64,000 nt of DNA from a virus (lineage: Duplodnaviria > Caudoviricetes). The translations under genes were made by a program, and so were the position numbers. The notes under the pieces are model-generated. The model made no database searches and had not been told where the DNA came from. It worked only from the letters and a program-made list of their open reading frames with translations. The stretch is from IMG/VR virus record IMGVR_UViG_3300028833_000119, positions 21,214-85,213 of that record; one strand, written 5' to 3'. The first letter of the stretch is position 1, and every line of letters starts with the position of its first letter. This document shows, one piece after another, positions 1 through 10,635 of this stretch.

Positions 1-2381
1 CGGATACCACGGACTTTTGCCATTGTACGTCCTGTGTTAATATCGTCATCATTGGCGGCGTTCTTCAGGTAAGCAGCGATGAACTGCTCAGGATGATGAT
101 GGCGTAGATAACCACACATATATGACAACAGGCTGTATCCTACTGCGTGGTTATAATTGAAGCTGTACTCACTGGAATCCTCGATGACTTTCAGGAATTC
201 TTTTGCTTCTTCCTCTGCTTCTTCTCGCGGCTTATCAGAATTTTTACAGTAACCGTCAAGAATCTCAGGCATTGCTTTGTCAATCTTGTCGCGCTTCTTC
301 TTAGATATCGCACGACGGATGGTGTCGGCGTATGAAGCAGACAGGCCGCAAACCTTTTGTAGAAATTCGATGACCTGTTCCTGATAGCAACAGAATCCAT
401 AGGAGTCCCAGAAGATTTCATCAATCTGTTTTGTTGGATTCTTGTGCCGTTTCCTCGCAAATAACTGATCACGATAAGACGCACTGCCAGGGCGGAGAGC
501 AGCGTTCACAACAGTAATCTCTTCGATACTGCGAGGTTTAAACTTTTTAATAGAGTCAGAAGCAAAGTCAGATTCAAACTGGAATACGCCGCTTGTGTCA
601 TTACAGATATCGTCCCATACATCCTTGTCACAGAAGTCTATTTCATTCATACGAGGGTAGGGAAGACCAAGCAGTTTATATGTGTCGCTGATAACCTGAA
701 CCGTCTTCAAGATTAACAGATCGTATTTCACAAGATTGACTGTGCTGGCTTCATTCATATCAATGAGCAAGCAACGTTCGCCATCCTTGTTAAACACTCC
801 CCAGTTTTCTTCGAGCGGTTCGCAACAGATGACCATGCCAGCTGGGTGAACTGACTGTGAAACACGAGTACCAACCATTGCATTCTCATAATAAAAAAGA
901 TCCGGGTATTTTTTACGGGTAGTATCCTGGTCTGTTTTATATTCTTTTTTGATTGCCTGCAGTTTCAGAGGATTATATGGATTCTTATGGTCGAACTTAT
1001 ATTTTACTTTATCCATTCGACCATTCTCTTTAAACTTCTCAGGAAAGTGTTCTCGTTCCCACATAATCCCAAGACCGCCACCACAGTCATCAATAAACGA
1101 GAGGTCGGCAATCGTACCATATGCAGCGACCCTGGCACATTTATCGGCACCAAACTTTGAGATGATATATTCGAAGATTGCAGGACGATCGCTTTCAATA
1201 CAGTCCTCGTCAACGTCTGCCAGACTGACGCGTTCACTGTTACAGAACCGGCTGAAGTTCGTATGCCACTGAACAGGATTCAAGTCTGTAATACCAGTAA
1301 CATACGCGACACGGGAACCGCTGACAGATCCACGGCTTGGACCAATTGGCTTACCGGTATCACGGCACCAGTTAATGATCTCGTGCATGGAAAGCATGAA
1401 CCCACCCATATTTGTCTGATGGAACGCATCAAACTCTTCTGTGATATCACGGCGAAATTCTTCTTCCTGCTCCTTTGGAATCACGCCGGATTCAATTTTC
1501 TCATCGAGCATCTTCCATGTAACTTCATGAAGTTTTTCTTCGTCAGCTTCAGGAGATCCGTACAGCACAGGATACTTTGGACGCTTATCCAGTGACCAGT
1601 CTTCAACAAGATCGGCCATTACATTTGTGTTTTCAATAGCATCCATGTAAACACCGCGAGGCAATGCATCCTGTTTTTCATATGCATCGATCAGTTCATC
1701 ATAATTCTTCCATGTCATATCCCAGCCATCTTCGTTGTATTTTTGTTCCTTATACTCTAGTAATACATCTCTTGCCTGGGCTTTTATTATAGAAGATGAA
1801 TGAGTATCTGTACCGGCAATCAGCGGTATACCTGTCTGCTGAGACAGCTTTAATAACCAGCGGTTATAATCTTTCTGATCCTGCACATTATGGTGCTGGA
1901 TCTCAAGATAATCAAACGCACGAACAATCTCCATATATCTCGGATCTGTATGTTCGATACGGTTGAGAGGCGAGGCAAGACATGCACTCGTCTTAATAAC
2001 ATTACTGGAAATATTCAGGAGCTGGTCTATACTTATTCTCGGCGAATAATAGAATTGTTCAGGCTGAGTCGCGAGATTCATCAGGCGATTAATCTCATGA
2101 AACCCTTCTTTATTACGGGCGAGGAGACACACATGCATATTATCTCTGACCTTTGGATCGAGAGAATATGTGACATATGCTTCTACACCAAAGATAAATT
2201 TTATACCTTTGCTGTCGCAATAATCTTTCTTCTCAACCCAGGAACGCGGAAGGCCGTGCTCTGTTGACCCAATGGCTTTCATGCCCTGTGCAACAGCAAG
2301 ATCTACATATTCAGAATATTTTGAACAGCTATCAAGAAGCGAAGAATCAGAATGAAGATGGTAACATACAAAATTACCCAC
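1..2381 (-). CDS. dnaE: DNA polymerase III alpha subunit (C-terminus runs off window)
   Basis: Hand translation: GTG start at 2381 with AGGAGG RBS; PHP motif 'YHLHSDSSLLDS..STEHG..FGVEAY'; near the window start 'YSFNYNHAVGYSLLSYMCGYLR'; both ends in the same frame. Confidence 0.93.
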   Translation of the reverse strand, partial: MGNFVCYHLHSDSSLLDSCSKYSEYVDLAVAQGMKAIGSTEHGLPRSWVEKKDYCDSKGIKFIFGVEAYVTYSLDPKVRDNMHVCLLARNKEGFHEINRLMNLATQPEQFYYSPRISIDQLLNISSNVIKTSACLASPLNRIEHTDPRYMEIVRAFDYLEIQHHNVQDQKDYNRWLLKLSQQTGIPLIAGTDTHSSSIIKAQARDVLLEYKEQKYNEDGWDMTWKNYDELIDAYEKQDALPRGVYMDAIENTNVMADLVEDWSLDKRPKYPVLYGSPEADEEKLHEVTWKMLDEKIESGVIPKEQEEEFRRDITEEFDAFHQTNMGGFMLSMHEIINWCRDTGKPIGPSRGSVSGSRVAYVTGITDLNPVQWHTNFSRFCNSERVSLADVDEDCIESDRPAIFEYIISKFGADKCARVAAYGTIADLSFIDDCGGGLGIMWEREHFPEKFKENGRMDKVKYKFDHKNPYNPLKLQAIKKEYKTDQDTTRKKYPDLFYYENAMVGTRVSQSVHPAGMVICCEPLEENWGVFNKDGERCLLIDMNEASTVNLVKYDLLILKTVQVISDTYKLLGLPYPRMNEIDFCDKDVWDDICNDTSGVFQFESDFASDSIKKFKPRSIEEITVVNAALRPGSASYRDQLFARKRHKNPTKQIDEIFWDSYGFCCYQEQVIEFLQKVCGLSASYADTIRRAISKKKRDKIDKAMPEILDGYCKNSDKPREEAEEEAKEFLKVIEDSSEYSFNYNHAVGYSLLSYMCGYLRHHHPEQFIAAYLKNAANDDDINTGRTMAKVRGI

Positions 2382-3024
2382 AGTATTTCCTCCTGTGTTT
2401 ATGCGTTTGTTCTGATAATGCACGTTCGACTGACCAGCCATATATAACTATCCGTCTTCTGATTGTATCTTTACGGATGCCAGTAATTTCAGACCATTCC
2501 TGGATAGTATGTGTTTCACCATTATAGGTTAATAGGTGATTAGACCTCATATTGTTACATTGCTGCTTTTGTGTATGCCATGCACAATTTTCGGGAGAAT
2601 AATTACCATTTGTATCGATGCGATCAATAGTACACTGATACTTTGGAGCGGAATCATCATATCCATGTGAATATGCCCATTCTTTGAACAGTAAATAATT
2701 GTCCCATTCTTTACATACTTTTATTCCCCTTGCACCATACCATTTGTATTGCGGAGAGTTTACATTATTGCATCTGTCTTTAATTCCATGCCAAACACCA
2801 TATAATCTATCATCGTGTCTTGCATTACGGACATGATCTGGTCTTACACACCCACAACATTTACTGGTTCCGGTTCTGACACTTCTTCCTTCAACAATCT
2901 TTTCTTTTCCACAAAGCAAACAACGACACAAAAAAGTGGCAGATCCCGATTTGCTTCTGCCAACTTCTTTAATTACATACCAATTGTTAATTGTTTGCCC
3001 AGTAATGTCTTTTACATTACCCAA
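2374..3024 (-). CDS. HNH homing-endonuclease-like protein
   Basis: 'RLYGVWHGIKDRC..YGARGIKVC..TIDRIDTNGNYSPENCAW..QCNN' motif; likely TTG start at 3024 with RBS; stop overlaps the dnaE start. Confidence 0.85.
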   Translation of the reverse strand: MGNVKDITGQTINNWYVIKEVGRSKSGSATFLCRCLLCGKEKIVEGRSVRTGTSKCCGCVRPDHVRNARHDDRLYGVWHGIKDRCNNVNSPQYKWYGARGIKVCKEWDNYLLFKEWAYSHGYDDSAPKYQCTIDRIDTNGNYSPENCAWHTQKQQCNNMRSNHLLTYNGETHTIQEWSEITGIRKDTIRRRIVIYGWSVERALSEQTHKHRRKYCG

Positions 3025-3031
3025 TGTTATA

Positions 3032-4997
3032 TTATCCTTTCTTCGCCCACTGCACCTGCACATGCTTTTCAAGAACGTCTTCATAGATCTCAGGATATTC
3101 CATTTCAACTGCCTTATCCATCACCAACTCGGTTCCATAACCGAACGCCTTGTCACATTTCGGACACAAGAATTTTGCAAGCGAAACCTGATAACCATAT
3201 GCCAGTCGGTCATCCGTTATATCGTAACCACGATACCAACTATGGCAGTACGGGCACTGCACAGCAATATGACGAATTGGAGCCAACTCGTATTCGACAC
3301 GGACATTAAATTTATTCATCTTTTTTCTCCTGTTCACTGATCATATCATCAATCGCCCAGCAGGCATCGCGAACGCCTTTGCAATAATACAGATACTGAA
3401 TTGATTCTCGACCATATAAGGATTTGTTCGGTAGATACTCAACCTTCAGCCGCGCATTCTTCAGCGTGTTTGTCACGATCTCGTTCTTGCCGAGACTCGC
3501 CTGAATACCGTTGGCCACAAGCGATGCATTGTGCCGGCGAAGCTTGTCAATCTCCTTGGCGTCCTCATCAAGCAGCGCAACCGCACTATCAAGCGCATTG
3601 ATAACAGAATCCGATAAAACCGCATTCGATGCAATCAATGCAAGTTTTTGTTTCAGAAGATTACGATCCTTCATATTACTCAACCCTCAACTCACACAAC
3701 GTTTTACTGTTCTTCCTTACAACCGGCATAAACGAAACACCGACATTCATATCCCATGATTGTGTAAAATGAGCAAGCGGATACGGACTGTTACCACCAT
3801 ACATATCGACTGTATTCGCGGTCATCGATATCTCCTCAAGTTTTGGAACGGCAAGCATTGACATAATCACGCGCCCATCTGAATTACCAAGCCGGACATT
3901 GCTCGGAAGAACAAACTGGCACACCACCGGATCATCAGATGCAAAGTCAATCGCCGTCAGATCAAGATAAGTCGTGCCGCAGAAAGGACACTTGATCTCA
4001 GACGTATCCTTCGCGGCACCACAGTTAATGCAATTTGTTTTACTCATCTTTCACCACAGCAATAATAAAAGCCACAGCAATAATCAGCGCAGCCAAACAA
4101 AGCGTAATCCATGTCGGTGCCAGTACCCACCACCAGCTCCAGTCAATCACCTTGCACAGCTTCAGAACGATGAACGCAACCTGCAGGACACCGGTAGACC
4201 CGATGCCGCCTTTGGACGATTGGTTCTCATGGTAAACTCTTACTCGGCTCATCAATAATCAATCCTTTCAATTATATGTATTACAGTATTCGCAGAAACC
4301 GCTGCGGGAAACCGGAGCCCCGCAGTTCCTGCAGTTTGTTTTCTTGGGACGCGAAAGCGAACCGTCATCGCAACAGCATTCAGGAATATTCGGATAATAA
4401 TACGGATGTGCGATCAACGCCCATGCCGGCGATTGCAACGGACGTTGGCTAACAGCCTGAGTCGAACTCAGAATCGCCTGGGTCTGTAGCGTACAACAAA
4501 TGTTCGCTTGCTGTTCCTCCAGCAGTGAACGCAAATCACAAATATCATGCATTATTCATCATGGCACTCAATGAGTGCTTCTCCTTCGCCAAGATGAAAC
4601 ACATGGCGGATGTTTTCATGTTTAAACATGAATGTTTCATCACCGTTTTGATCTTTGCCAAGCGGCTGCATAAACTCAACCTCAACCTTGTCATCCAGAT
4701 CGCAGTTCAGGACAAGCGCCTGGATCAGCTCGCGGACTGTTGTCATCATCATTGTTTCCTTTCTTCAAACTCAACCCTGCCGGATTTATACAAAACCAAA
4801 TTCATATTGCGGGGGCCTACGGTGCAAAGCTTATCACGATGCCTCAGCATCGCATCCAGGATTGCGAGGATCATGCGGATATCCTTGCGGCGAATACCAC
4901 GCTTATACAGCGCATTAGAACGCGACTCAATAATATCGTACATCAGGACAATAGCGGCAGCGAACCCGGCGGCATATTCTTTGCTGTTAGTATCCAA
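3032..4997 (-). CDS. Seven small hypothetical ORFs (3032-3319, 3312-3683, 3676-4047, 4040-4255, 4268-4552, 4552-4752, 4749-4997)
   Basis: Tightly packed or overlapping ORFs; 3676-4047 and 4268-4552 share an NCxNCGA..CxxC zinc ribbon; 4040-4255 is hydrophobic (membrane). Confidence 0.7.
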
Positions 4998-5844
4998 AGG
5001 CAGCAGCCTCCTCGGCTTCACGTTTTGCTTTCCATGCTTCGATCGCGGCCAGATGAACACGCTGATAATCATCACAGGACGGATTCACGCCGCAGATCCA
5101 TTTGCAAAAATATGGCTCTTTTGTTTCTTCGGCGCCGATACAGGAATGCCAGTCTTCAAACAGGTCGCATGCTTCAATCTCCCGGATGCCATCCATGAAC
5201 CATTTCTTTGTGACGTCAACCATCGCTTCATCAAACGGCTCATCAATGTTCACCATGTCTTTGACCATATTAAAACGCAGTGTCTTCGGATATACGCCGT
5301 ACTCTTGCTTACACCAGATCGCATAGAGATATAACTGCATCCTGTAAATCTGGTATTCTTTTTTCATTGAGGCCATGGACTTTGTCTTATGATCAACAAT
5401 GATGATATCCGGTTGCAAGGCCGTGTCGCAAAGCACCAGATCGGCAATTCCCGAAACAGGATAACCGCCGATATCAAGCACAAACTTCTTTTCAACAGAA
5501 AGGACTTTGTAACCATCCGGGATGCCTTCAAAATTTTCAAGATACTGAATCGCAGCGTTGTAATTCTTCTCACCGAAACCCTTTGGAAACGGCGGAGGAG
5601 CAACAATTACTTCAGACTCATAACGGGACCGCCATTCATCTGCGAGACAGAATACAGGAAGATTGCCCTTGTAATACTGCTCCAGAATCGAATGCATCAG
5701 CGAACCGTACTCGGAAAAGTACCCCGGCAGTTCATCGTCGCTGCCGGGGTTTTCAACGTATGTCAAATAGAATGACATGGGACATTGTTTGAAAGCTGCG
5801 ATCTTGCTGAAACTGTACCGGAAGTTATTCGGCAGGTGTTTCAT
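4987..5844 (-). CDS. PD-(D/E)XK nuclease, Cas4/AddB-like exonuclease
   Basis: 'SFSKIAAFKQCP..GSLMHSILE..GIADLV..IVDHKT..QLYLY' plus C-terminal Cys cluster. Confidence 0.85.
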   Translation of the reverse strand: MKHLPNNFRYSFSKIAAFKQCPMSFYLTYVENPGSDDELPGYFSEYGSLMHSILEQYYKGNLPVFCLADEWRSRYESEVIVAPPPFPKGFGEKNYNAAIQYLENFEGIPDGYKVLSVEKKFVLDIGGYPVSGIADLVLCDTALQPDIIIVDHKTKSMASMKKEYQIYRMQLYLYAIWCKQEYGVYPKTLRFNMVKDMVNIDEPFDEAMVDVTKKWFMDGIREIEACDLFEDWHSCIGAEETKEPYFCKWICGVNPSCDDYQRVHLAAIEAWKAKREAEEAAAFGY

Positions 5845-6433
5845 CCTTCTTCTCCTTTGATGCTTCGCCGGTAATTGCTTTGGCAAGATTGTTGATCGCA
5901 TCGCAGATAAATTTAGTAGGCTGCGGATTGGAATCGTATTCTTTTGGCTTTTGCTCGGTTTTCTTTGGTTCAGGCTTTGGTTCGGCCACAGGTTTCAGGT
6001 TATCCATGTCGCACTCTTGCATGATCGCCTTGGCCCGGGAGGTAGAACCGAACATCTTCTTCATGCAGGCCATGGCAAACCCGGCGTATTTCTCGTAGGG
6101 CTGGTCTTCCATGCATTTGACTACGGTTTTTGTTCCGTCGTCCCAGAAGACGATCGTTGCCGGAGGATTGAAGATAATACGATCGACGTCAGGGATACCC
6201 CACATCATCGGATCTTCTTCCTCGAGCTCAAGTTCGCAGTCGAAACATTCTTCCTGGCAGAGATCGCACTCAGAACAGTCAAGATCACAGAATGGGATTT
6301 CTTCGTCAGGAATATCTTTGGTTACAGTTTCTTTGGTTTCACTTACAGGTATCAAACGGCAATCATGCCAGTAATAACTACCATCACCAGTATGTATTGC
6401 CTGAAGCAACAAGGAATCAAAATCATCAACCAT
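5825..6433 (-). CDS. Conserved phage hypothetical protein
   Basis: ORF with RBS; 'IFNPPATIVFWDDGTKTVVKC' block; Cys/acid-rich stretch. Confidence 0.7.
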   Translation of the reverse strand: MVDDFDSLLLQAIHTGDGSYYWHDCRLIPVSETKETVTKDIPDEEIPFCDLDCSECDLCQEECFDCELELEEEDPMMWGIPDVDRIIFNPPATIVFWDDGTKTVVKCMEDQPYEKYAGFAMACMKKMFGSTSRAKAIMQECDMDNLKPVAEPKPEPKKTEQKPKEYDSNPQPTKFICDAINNLAKAITGEASKEKKDETPAE

Positions 6434-6553
6434 ATTATTTCCTTCCTGCCGGTTGTTCCGGCGGTTGTTTATTTGTTTTAGTTAAAATGGAATGAATAAT
6501 ATATTATCTAAACAAGGATAAAATTGGCATTATAGATAATATATGCGCTGTAA

Positions 6554-8413
6554 TCAGAACGGCTGGCGATCGAGCTGGGAAAGCTGAATACCATACTCGG
6601 GCATGGAGTCAGCGCGTGGCTTCGGTTTGGTTAATCCGGTATGATCCCACGAGAAATGGTTCAGGTCACCCTTGTCAGCCTGGAAGATCCTGCGTGAATC
6701 ACCAGCATAACAACAAGGAATATTGACTTGCTTGCCATCAAGACGTGACTTGATAATCTCAAGGTCAGGACGCTTGATAACAATCGCGTTATCGCACAGG
6801 TTCATAATGGAAGATGTGCCGGAGATATCGTCACGCGTGATCTCGGCACCTACTTTTGTCTTCCTTGGGTGTGCGACAAGCATGACATGCGCCTGATAAT
6901 GGGTTGCGAACTTTTTAATTGCGTTAATGAAGATTGCCTGCGCTCGCCATTCATCATCAGAGTCTGCAACGGAAGTCATCATGTTATCAATCAGGAAGAG
7001 CTTTGCATTGTACTTGCGAGCAGCCTGTGTGAAGACATTGATGATTGCGTCCGTCTGCTTCAGGTCAACGAACTGTTCGTTGTTGTCATAAAGCAGAAGC
7101 CTGTCGCCAAGCCAGTCAAGAATACGATGCTGGATTTCCGGGGAAACATACGGAATATTTCGTCCACGGATCGGGTCCCATTTCAGGCCGATCCAGTCAC
7201 TTCCTGCAGCCTGTGCCAAGATCCATTCCTGAAACAATCCTGCGGAGAGTTCACCGGAATACGCAACACATGTATATCCCTGTTCGATTGCATTCAACAG
7301 GATCAGGCCGGACAGCGTTGATTTACCGTTGCCGGACTTGCCGGTGAACACAGTGACACAACCCTCGGCAAGACCGCCGATTGCATCGTCCAGCGCAGGA
7401 ATATTGGTTTTGATCCGGGGAATCTTGGTTGGATCAACAGGAATAATATCAGCGACCCGGATGAGCCCTTTTGTTTTTACATCGTCGGCGGACTCAACCA
7501 TTTCGATCAGCGCGGACTCGCCGAAACGATACAGGATTTCGTTGGCATCCTTGCAATACTGCACAGGATTTGTACCCGGAATCTCCGGGTAATCCTTAAC
7601 AATCAGGACCCTGTATTCACCAAGCTTTTTTGTCCAGTTCTCAACGCCACGATGACCAGGCGCGTCGTTATCACCGAACAGGATAATGGTCTGGAACTTT
7701 TCAAGCCAGTCATAGCAATATGTGATCCAGTCGTTGTTGTCCACACCGCATGGGACAGACACAACATTGGTCAGACCGGCTTCATACAGAGACAACGCAT
7801 CAATCTCGCCCTCAGTAATAATAAGCGGCTGATTAAAAACAACCCCGTCCATGTTGTACAGGATTGCCTTGGTGCCGGACTCCTGCCATTCCTTGCGGCC
7901 TTTATCTTCAGGCAACGGTTTTCTTGGCTTGCGGAACTTATGATATACATCCTCGCCGTTCCAGAAGAACCGAAAAACAATGTTGCCTTCCTTATCGGAT
8001 CCAATCCTCAGCGCATCCACAGTCGAACGCGAGATTTTACGCGACTCAAAATACCTGTATATTTCTTCGGTCGGATCAAAGACAGAAATACTCGGAAGAA
8101 CAAACTGTTTGTCGGATTTCTTTGAAAAAACAGAACGATTCAGTTTTACGTCCTGACCTGACAATTCCTTGACAAGCTCTTCAAACCTGCCGTGGCGCCC
8201 ACAGGAACCGCGCTTGCAGACGAATGTACCGTTGTTTAAAAACAGCGCAAAGGTATGTTTATCTTTTCCGTGAGAACCGCCGTGACACAAAGGACAAAGG
8301 TCAGGAATGATTTTCTCATCCTGGCCCGAAGTCTTAATGGAATATGGCGCGAGATACTTGTCAGCGAAATCTACGATCCGTTGCCTTTGCTCTTGGTCAA
8401 GCAAACCACTCAC
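6554..8413 (-). CDS. Bifunctional primase-helicase (Zn finger + TOPRIM + DnaB-like), T7 gp4/Twinkle-like
   Basis: 'CPLCHGG..CKRGSC', 'ITEGEIDALS', 'FGDNDAPG', Walker A 'GKSGNGKST', 'LVAHPRK'. Confidence 0.92.
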   Translation of the reverse strand: MSGLLDQEQRQRIVDFADKYLAPYSIKTSGQDEKIIPDLCPLCHGGSHGKDKHTFALFLNNGTFVCKRGSCGRHGRFEELVKELSGQDVKLNRSVFSKKSDKQFVLPSISVFDPTEEIYRYFESRKISRSTVDALRIGSDKEGNIVFRFFWNGEDVYHKFRKPRKPLPEDKGRKEWQESGTKAILYNMDGVVFNQPLIITEGEIDALSLYEAGLTNVVSVPCGVDNNDWITYCYDWLEKFQTIILFGDNDAPGHRGVENWTKKLGEYRVLIVKDYPEIPGTNPVQYCKDANEILYRFGESALIEMVESADDVKTKGLIRVADIIPVDPTKIPRIKTNIPALDDAIGGLAEGCVTVFTGKSGNGKSTLSGLILLNAIEQGYTCVAYSGELSAGLFQEWILAQAAGSDWIGLKWDPIRGRNIPYVSPEIQHRILDWLGDRLLLYDNNEQFVDLKQTDAIINVFTQAARKYNAKLFLIDNMMTSVADSDDEWRAQAIFINAIKKFATHYQAHVMLVAHPRKTKVGAEITRDDISGTSSIMNLCDNAIVIKRPDLEIIKSRLDGKQVNIPCCYAGDSRRIFQADKGDLNHFSWDHTGLTKPKPRADSMPEYGIQLSQLDRQPF

Positions 8414-9954
8414 TCCTTCAACGCTTCTTCAACCTGCTTATACCGACCTGACATCAGTTTATCCACCAGACACTTGTACGGATCCAGTTCGCCGGACATA
8501 ACCATGTCGGCAATGTTTGGCGAGAAACCGGATACCAGCGCAACGCCAAGTTCATTTGTAGTTACCGGAATAGTTCCTGTGCGTGAGCAGACGTTCCAGA
8601 AGATCAGGCGGGGGAGCTTATAGCCGGCGGATTCCCAGCGGTTACGAATCGTATCGAAGAGCGTCTGATCGACCTTGGAACAGTAATACAAATAACTGCA
8701 ACAAGCTGTTGCCTGGTCGAACTCCATGTCACTGACGATCAGCACATTCGCCGGGAGCTCCTCCTGTTTCAGATGGTTCCTCACGGCGGTATCAAGGATC
8801 AGATCGAACGTCTTTTCGATGTTCGTGTTCGAGCACTCGTCATGATGACGCATGATCTGAAGTTTTGCCGCCAGTGTCAGGCCATCGTGGAAATGCACAT
8901 ACTTCGGATTTGCAGAGAAGGTTATGAACGAATCCTTGTACGGACCCGTCAGTTTCTCTGAGAAGTAAATGCCAAGCGAACGCGCCACATCATGGCAGGA
9001 AACGCCTGTATTACCAACAGGTGAACCCATTGAACCGGAACCGTCAACGACAACCAGTGTGGAGCCGTTCTCAGGCACTTTGTTCGGCAGTGCTTTCCAC
9101 TGTTCCTCAAGCGTCGGATCGGCATCACACTTGTTTCGATACGCATGAACGATATCATACGGGAAAAGTACACCGGAATGGATCTTCGCTTTGCCTTCCT
9201 TGACATTTGTCAAGTACTCTTCATATCGATCGCCGTCATGGCGGAGGAAAGCGTCGCGATAATTCATGGCTGCGCGGGAAGGGACTCCTTCGTAGTCAAT
9301 CTCGCTCCACTGATTCGCAGACATCTGCTGTTCGACAACCTTGATGCGCCTGCGTAGACCTGAAAGATTCATGCGATACTGTGCCGGCGCCCATCCGAAC
9401 GCGTTTCGCAGGAATTCAGCCCTGCGGCGAGTTTCTTTGGAGGAAGTGTTGAGTGACGGTAACCACTTGGCAAGCAAAGAAACAGGCTGTTTGGTATTTG
9501 CCATCCGGATGTCCGACTGAATCTGCATACGGAGTAATTCGATCGCTTCGTCACGCACCTTGCACGGCACATGACCGAACACAACTTCGACCACATCATC
9601 CCAGCGGCCATAAAACGGAATCAGATGAAGCAGTTTGATCGCTGCGTCCTGGTTTTCATTGCAAAAACGCTCAAAAATCACGCGGAACGTACGTCTTTCA
9701 CCGCAACCTTCTCTCGCATCCCTGGCGAAGAACAGCCAAAGGATCGCAAGCGTCGGATTTTCATTGTACGCCGGCAAAAACTTGTTCCAGATCTCATCCG
9801 GAGACATATTTCGCATGGACGAAAGCGCAAAATTGCAGTCCAGCAGGGCTTTGCCGGTTGTGCGGAGTCCAACAGCGCCGTTTTCGGTTACGGAAACGTT
9901 CGGCTGAAGCCAGTAAGCTCTTTCGGCGAGCGCAGACATAAAATCACTCATCAT
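8410..9954 (-). CDS. DUF2828-family protein (TROVE/Ro60-like domain + vWA)
   Basis: 'TENGA..ARDAREGCGERRTFR..YGRWDD..SLLAKWLPS' and MIDAS motif 'VVDGSGSM'. Confidence 0.85.
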   Translation of the reverse strand: MMSDFMSALAERAYWLQPNVSVTENGAVGLRTTGKALLDCNFALSSMRNMSPDEIWNKFLPAYNENPTLAILWLFFARDAREGCGERRTFRVIFERFCNENQDAAIKLLHLIPFYGRWDDVVEVVFGHVPCKVRDEAIELLRMQIQSDIRMANTKQPVSLLAKWLPSLNTSSKETRRRAEFLRNAFGWAPAQYRMNLSGLRRRIKVVEQQMSANQWSEIDYEGVPSRAAMNYRDAFLRHDGDRYEEYLTNVKEGKAKIHSGVLFPYDIVHAYRNKCDADPTLEEQWKALPNKVPENGSTLVVVDGSGSMGSPVGNTGVSCHDVARSLGIYFSEKLTGPYKDSFITFSANPKYVHFHDGLTLAAKLQIMRHHDECSNTNIEKTFDLILDTAVRNHLKQEELPANVLIVSDMEFDQATACCSYLYYCSKVDQTLFDTIRNRWESAGYKLPRLIFWNVCSRTGTIPVTTNELGVALVSGFSPNIADMVMSGELDPYKCLVDKLMSGRYKQVEEALKE

Positions 9955-10540
9955 CTTCATCTCCTTTATCAAATTCGTCGTACTCTTCCTTGAGTTTTTT
10001 TATTTTTTTATCAATTGCCTGAAAACATACCCCAAACTGACCTGCTATTTCACGTATATTCATGCCATACAAACGCATTGATGCAATCCGTTGTGTGCTT
10101 TCATTCTGTGTAGACATAAAAAGATTGAAATCTATTTCTGTCTCTTTGTCCGGGACCCAATGTTTTGACATACCATCAATTTCAATCCCGCTCGACACGA
10201 GAACGTCATAAGAAACTGTTGCAGGAATTGAATTGGTTATCTTGGTAAAACTGGACGTTCTTAACGGGACGGAAACAGACTGGTTTTGCAATACCAGTCT
10301 GCTCATTGCGTTTGTCGCATCGTACCATGGGAACTTGTTTATCTTTTCTTCTGTGTCGCAGTTGCGGATATATTTCAAGAACGCAATGGCAACTTCCTGG
10401 ACACAGTCATCATAAGATGCCTGACGTGCACTTTTGCCTGTATACCTTGCCATAAAATTATCGACAGACCGATAAATTTTCGGCATGTTCTGCTCGATTA
10501 ATTCGGCTTCGCGTTCCCTGGACAATTGCATAAGAAACAC
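9944..10540 (-). CDS. Sigma70/ECF-like sigma factor
   Basis: Region-2-like 'YDDCVQEVAIAFLKYI' and C-terminal HTH 'YGMNIREIAGQFGVCFQAIDKKIKK'. Confidence 0.75.
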   Translation of the reverse strand: MFLMQLSREREAELIEQNMPKIYRSVDNFMARYTGKSARQASYDDCVQEVAIAFLKYIRNCDTEEKINKFPWYDATNAMSRLVLQNQSVSVPLRTSSFTKITNSIPATVSYDVLVSSGIEIDGMSKHWVPDKETEIDFNLFMSTQNESTQRIASMRLYGMNIREIAGQFGVCFQAIDKKIKKLKEEYDEFDKGDEDDE

Positions 10541-10635
10541 TCCCTCCCATTCACGTATTCATGTGATGGTGAGGGAGTGAATGTGTAAAACGTGCGATCC
10601 CTCACACTATTTGGTTTTGTGAGAATATTTAATCT

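Noticed and set aside
1-2381. Intein or intron in dnaE (or terL)
   Set aside because: Frame and motif spacing are consistent with an uninterrupted protein; no intein motifs seen
4987-5844. CRISPR-Cas locus suggested by the Cas4-like nuclease
   Set aside because: No repeat-spacer array or other cas genes in the window; standalone Cas4-like exonucleases are common in phages
6489-6514. dif-like site (TTATCTAAACA resembles a XerD arm)
   Set aside because: Only 4 bp of spacer to a TAA-ending left arm, and the left arm is a poor match
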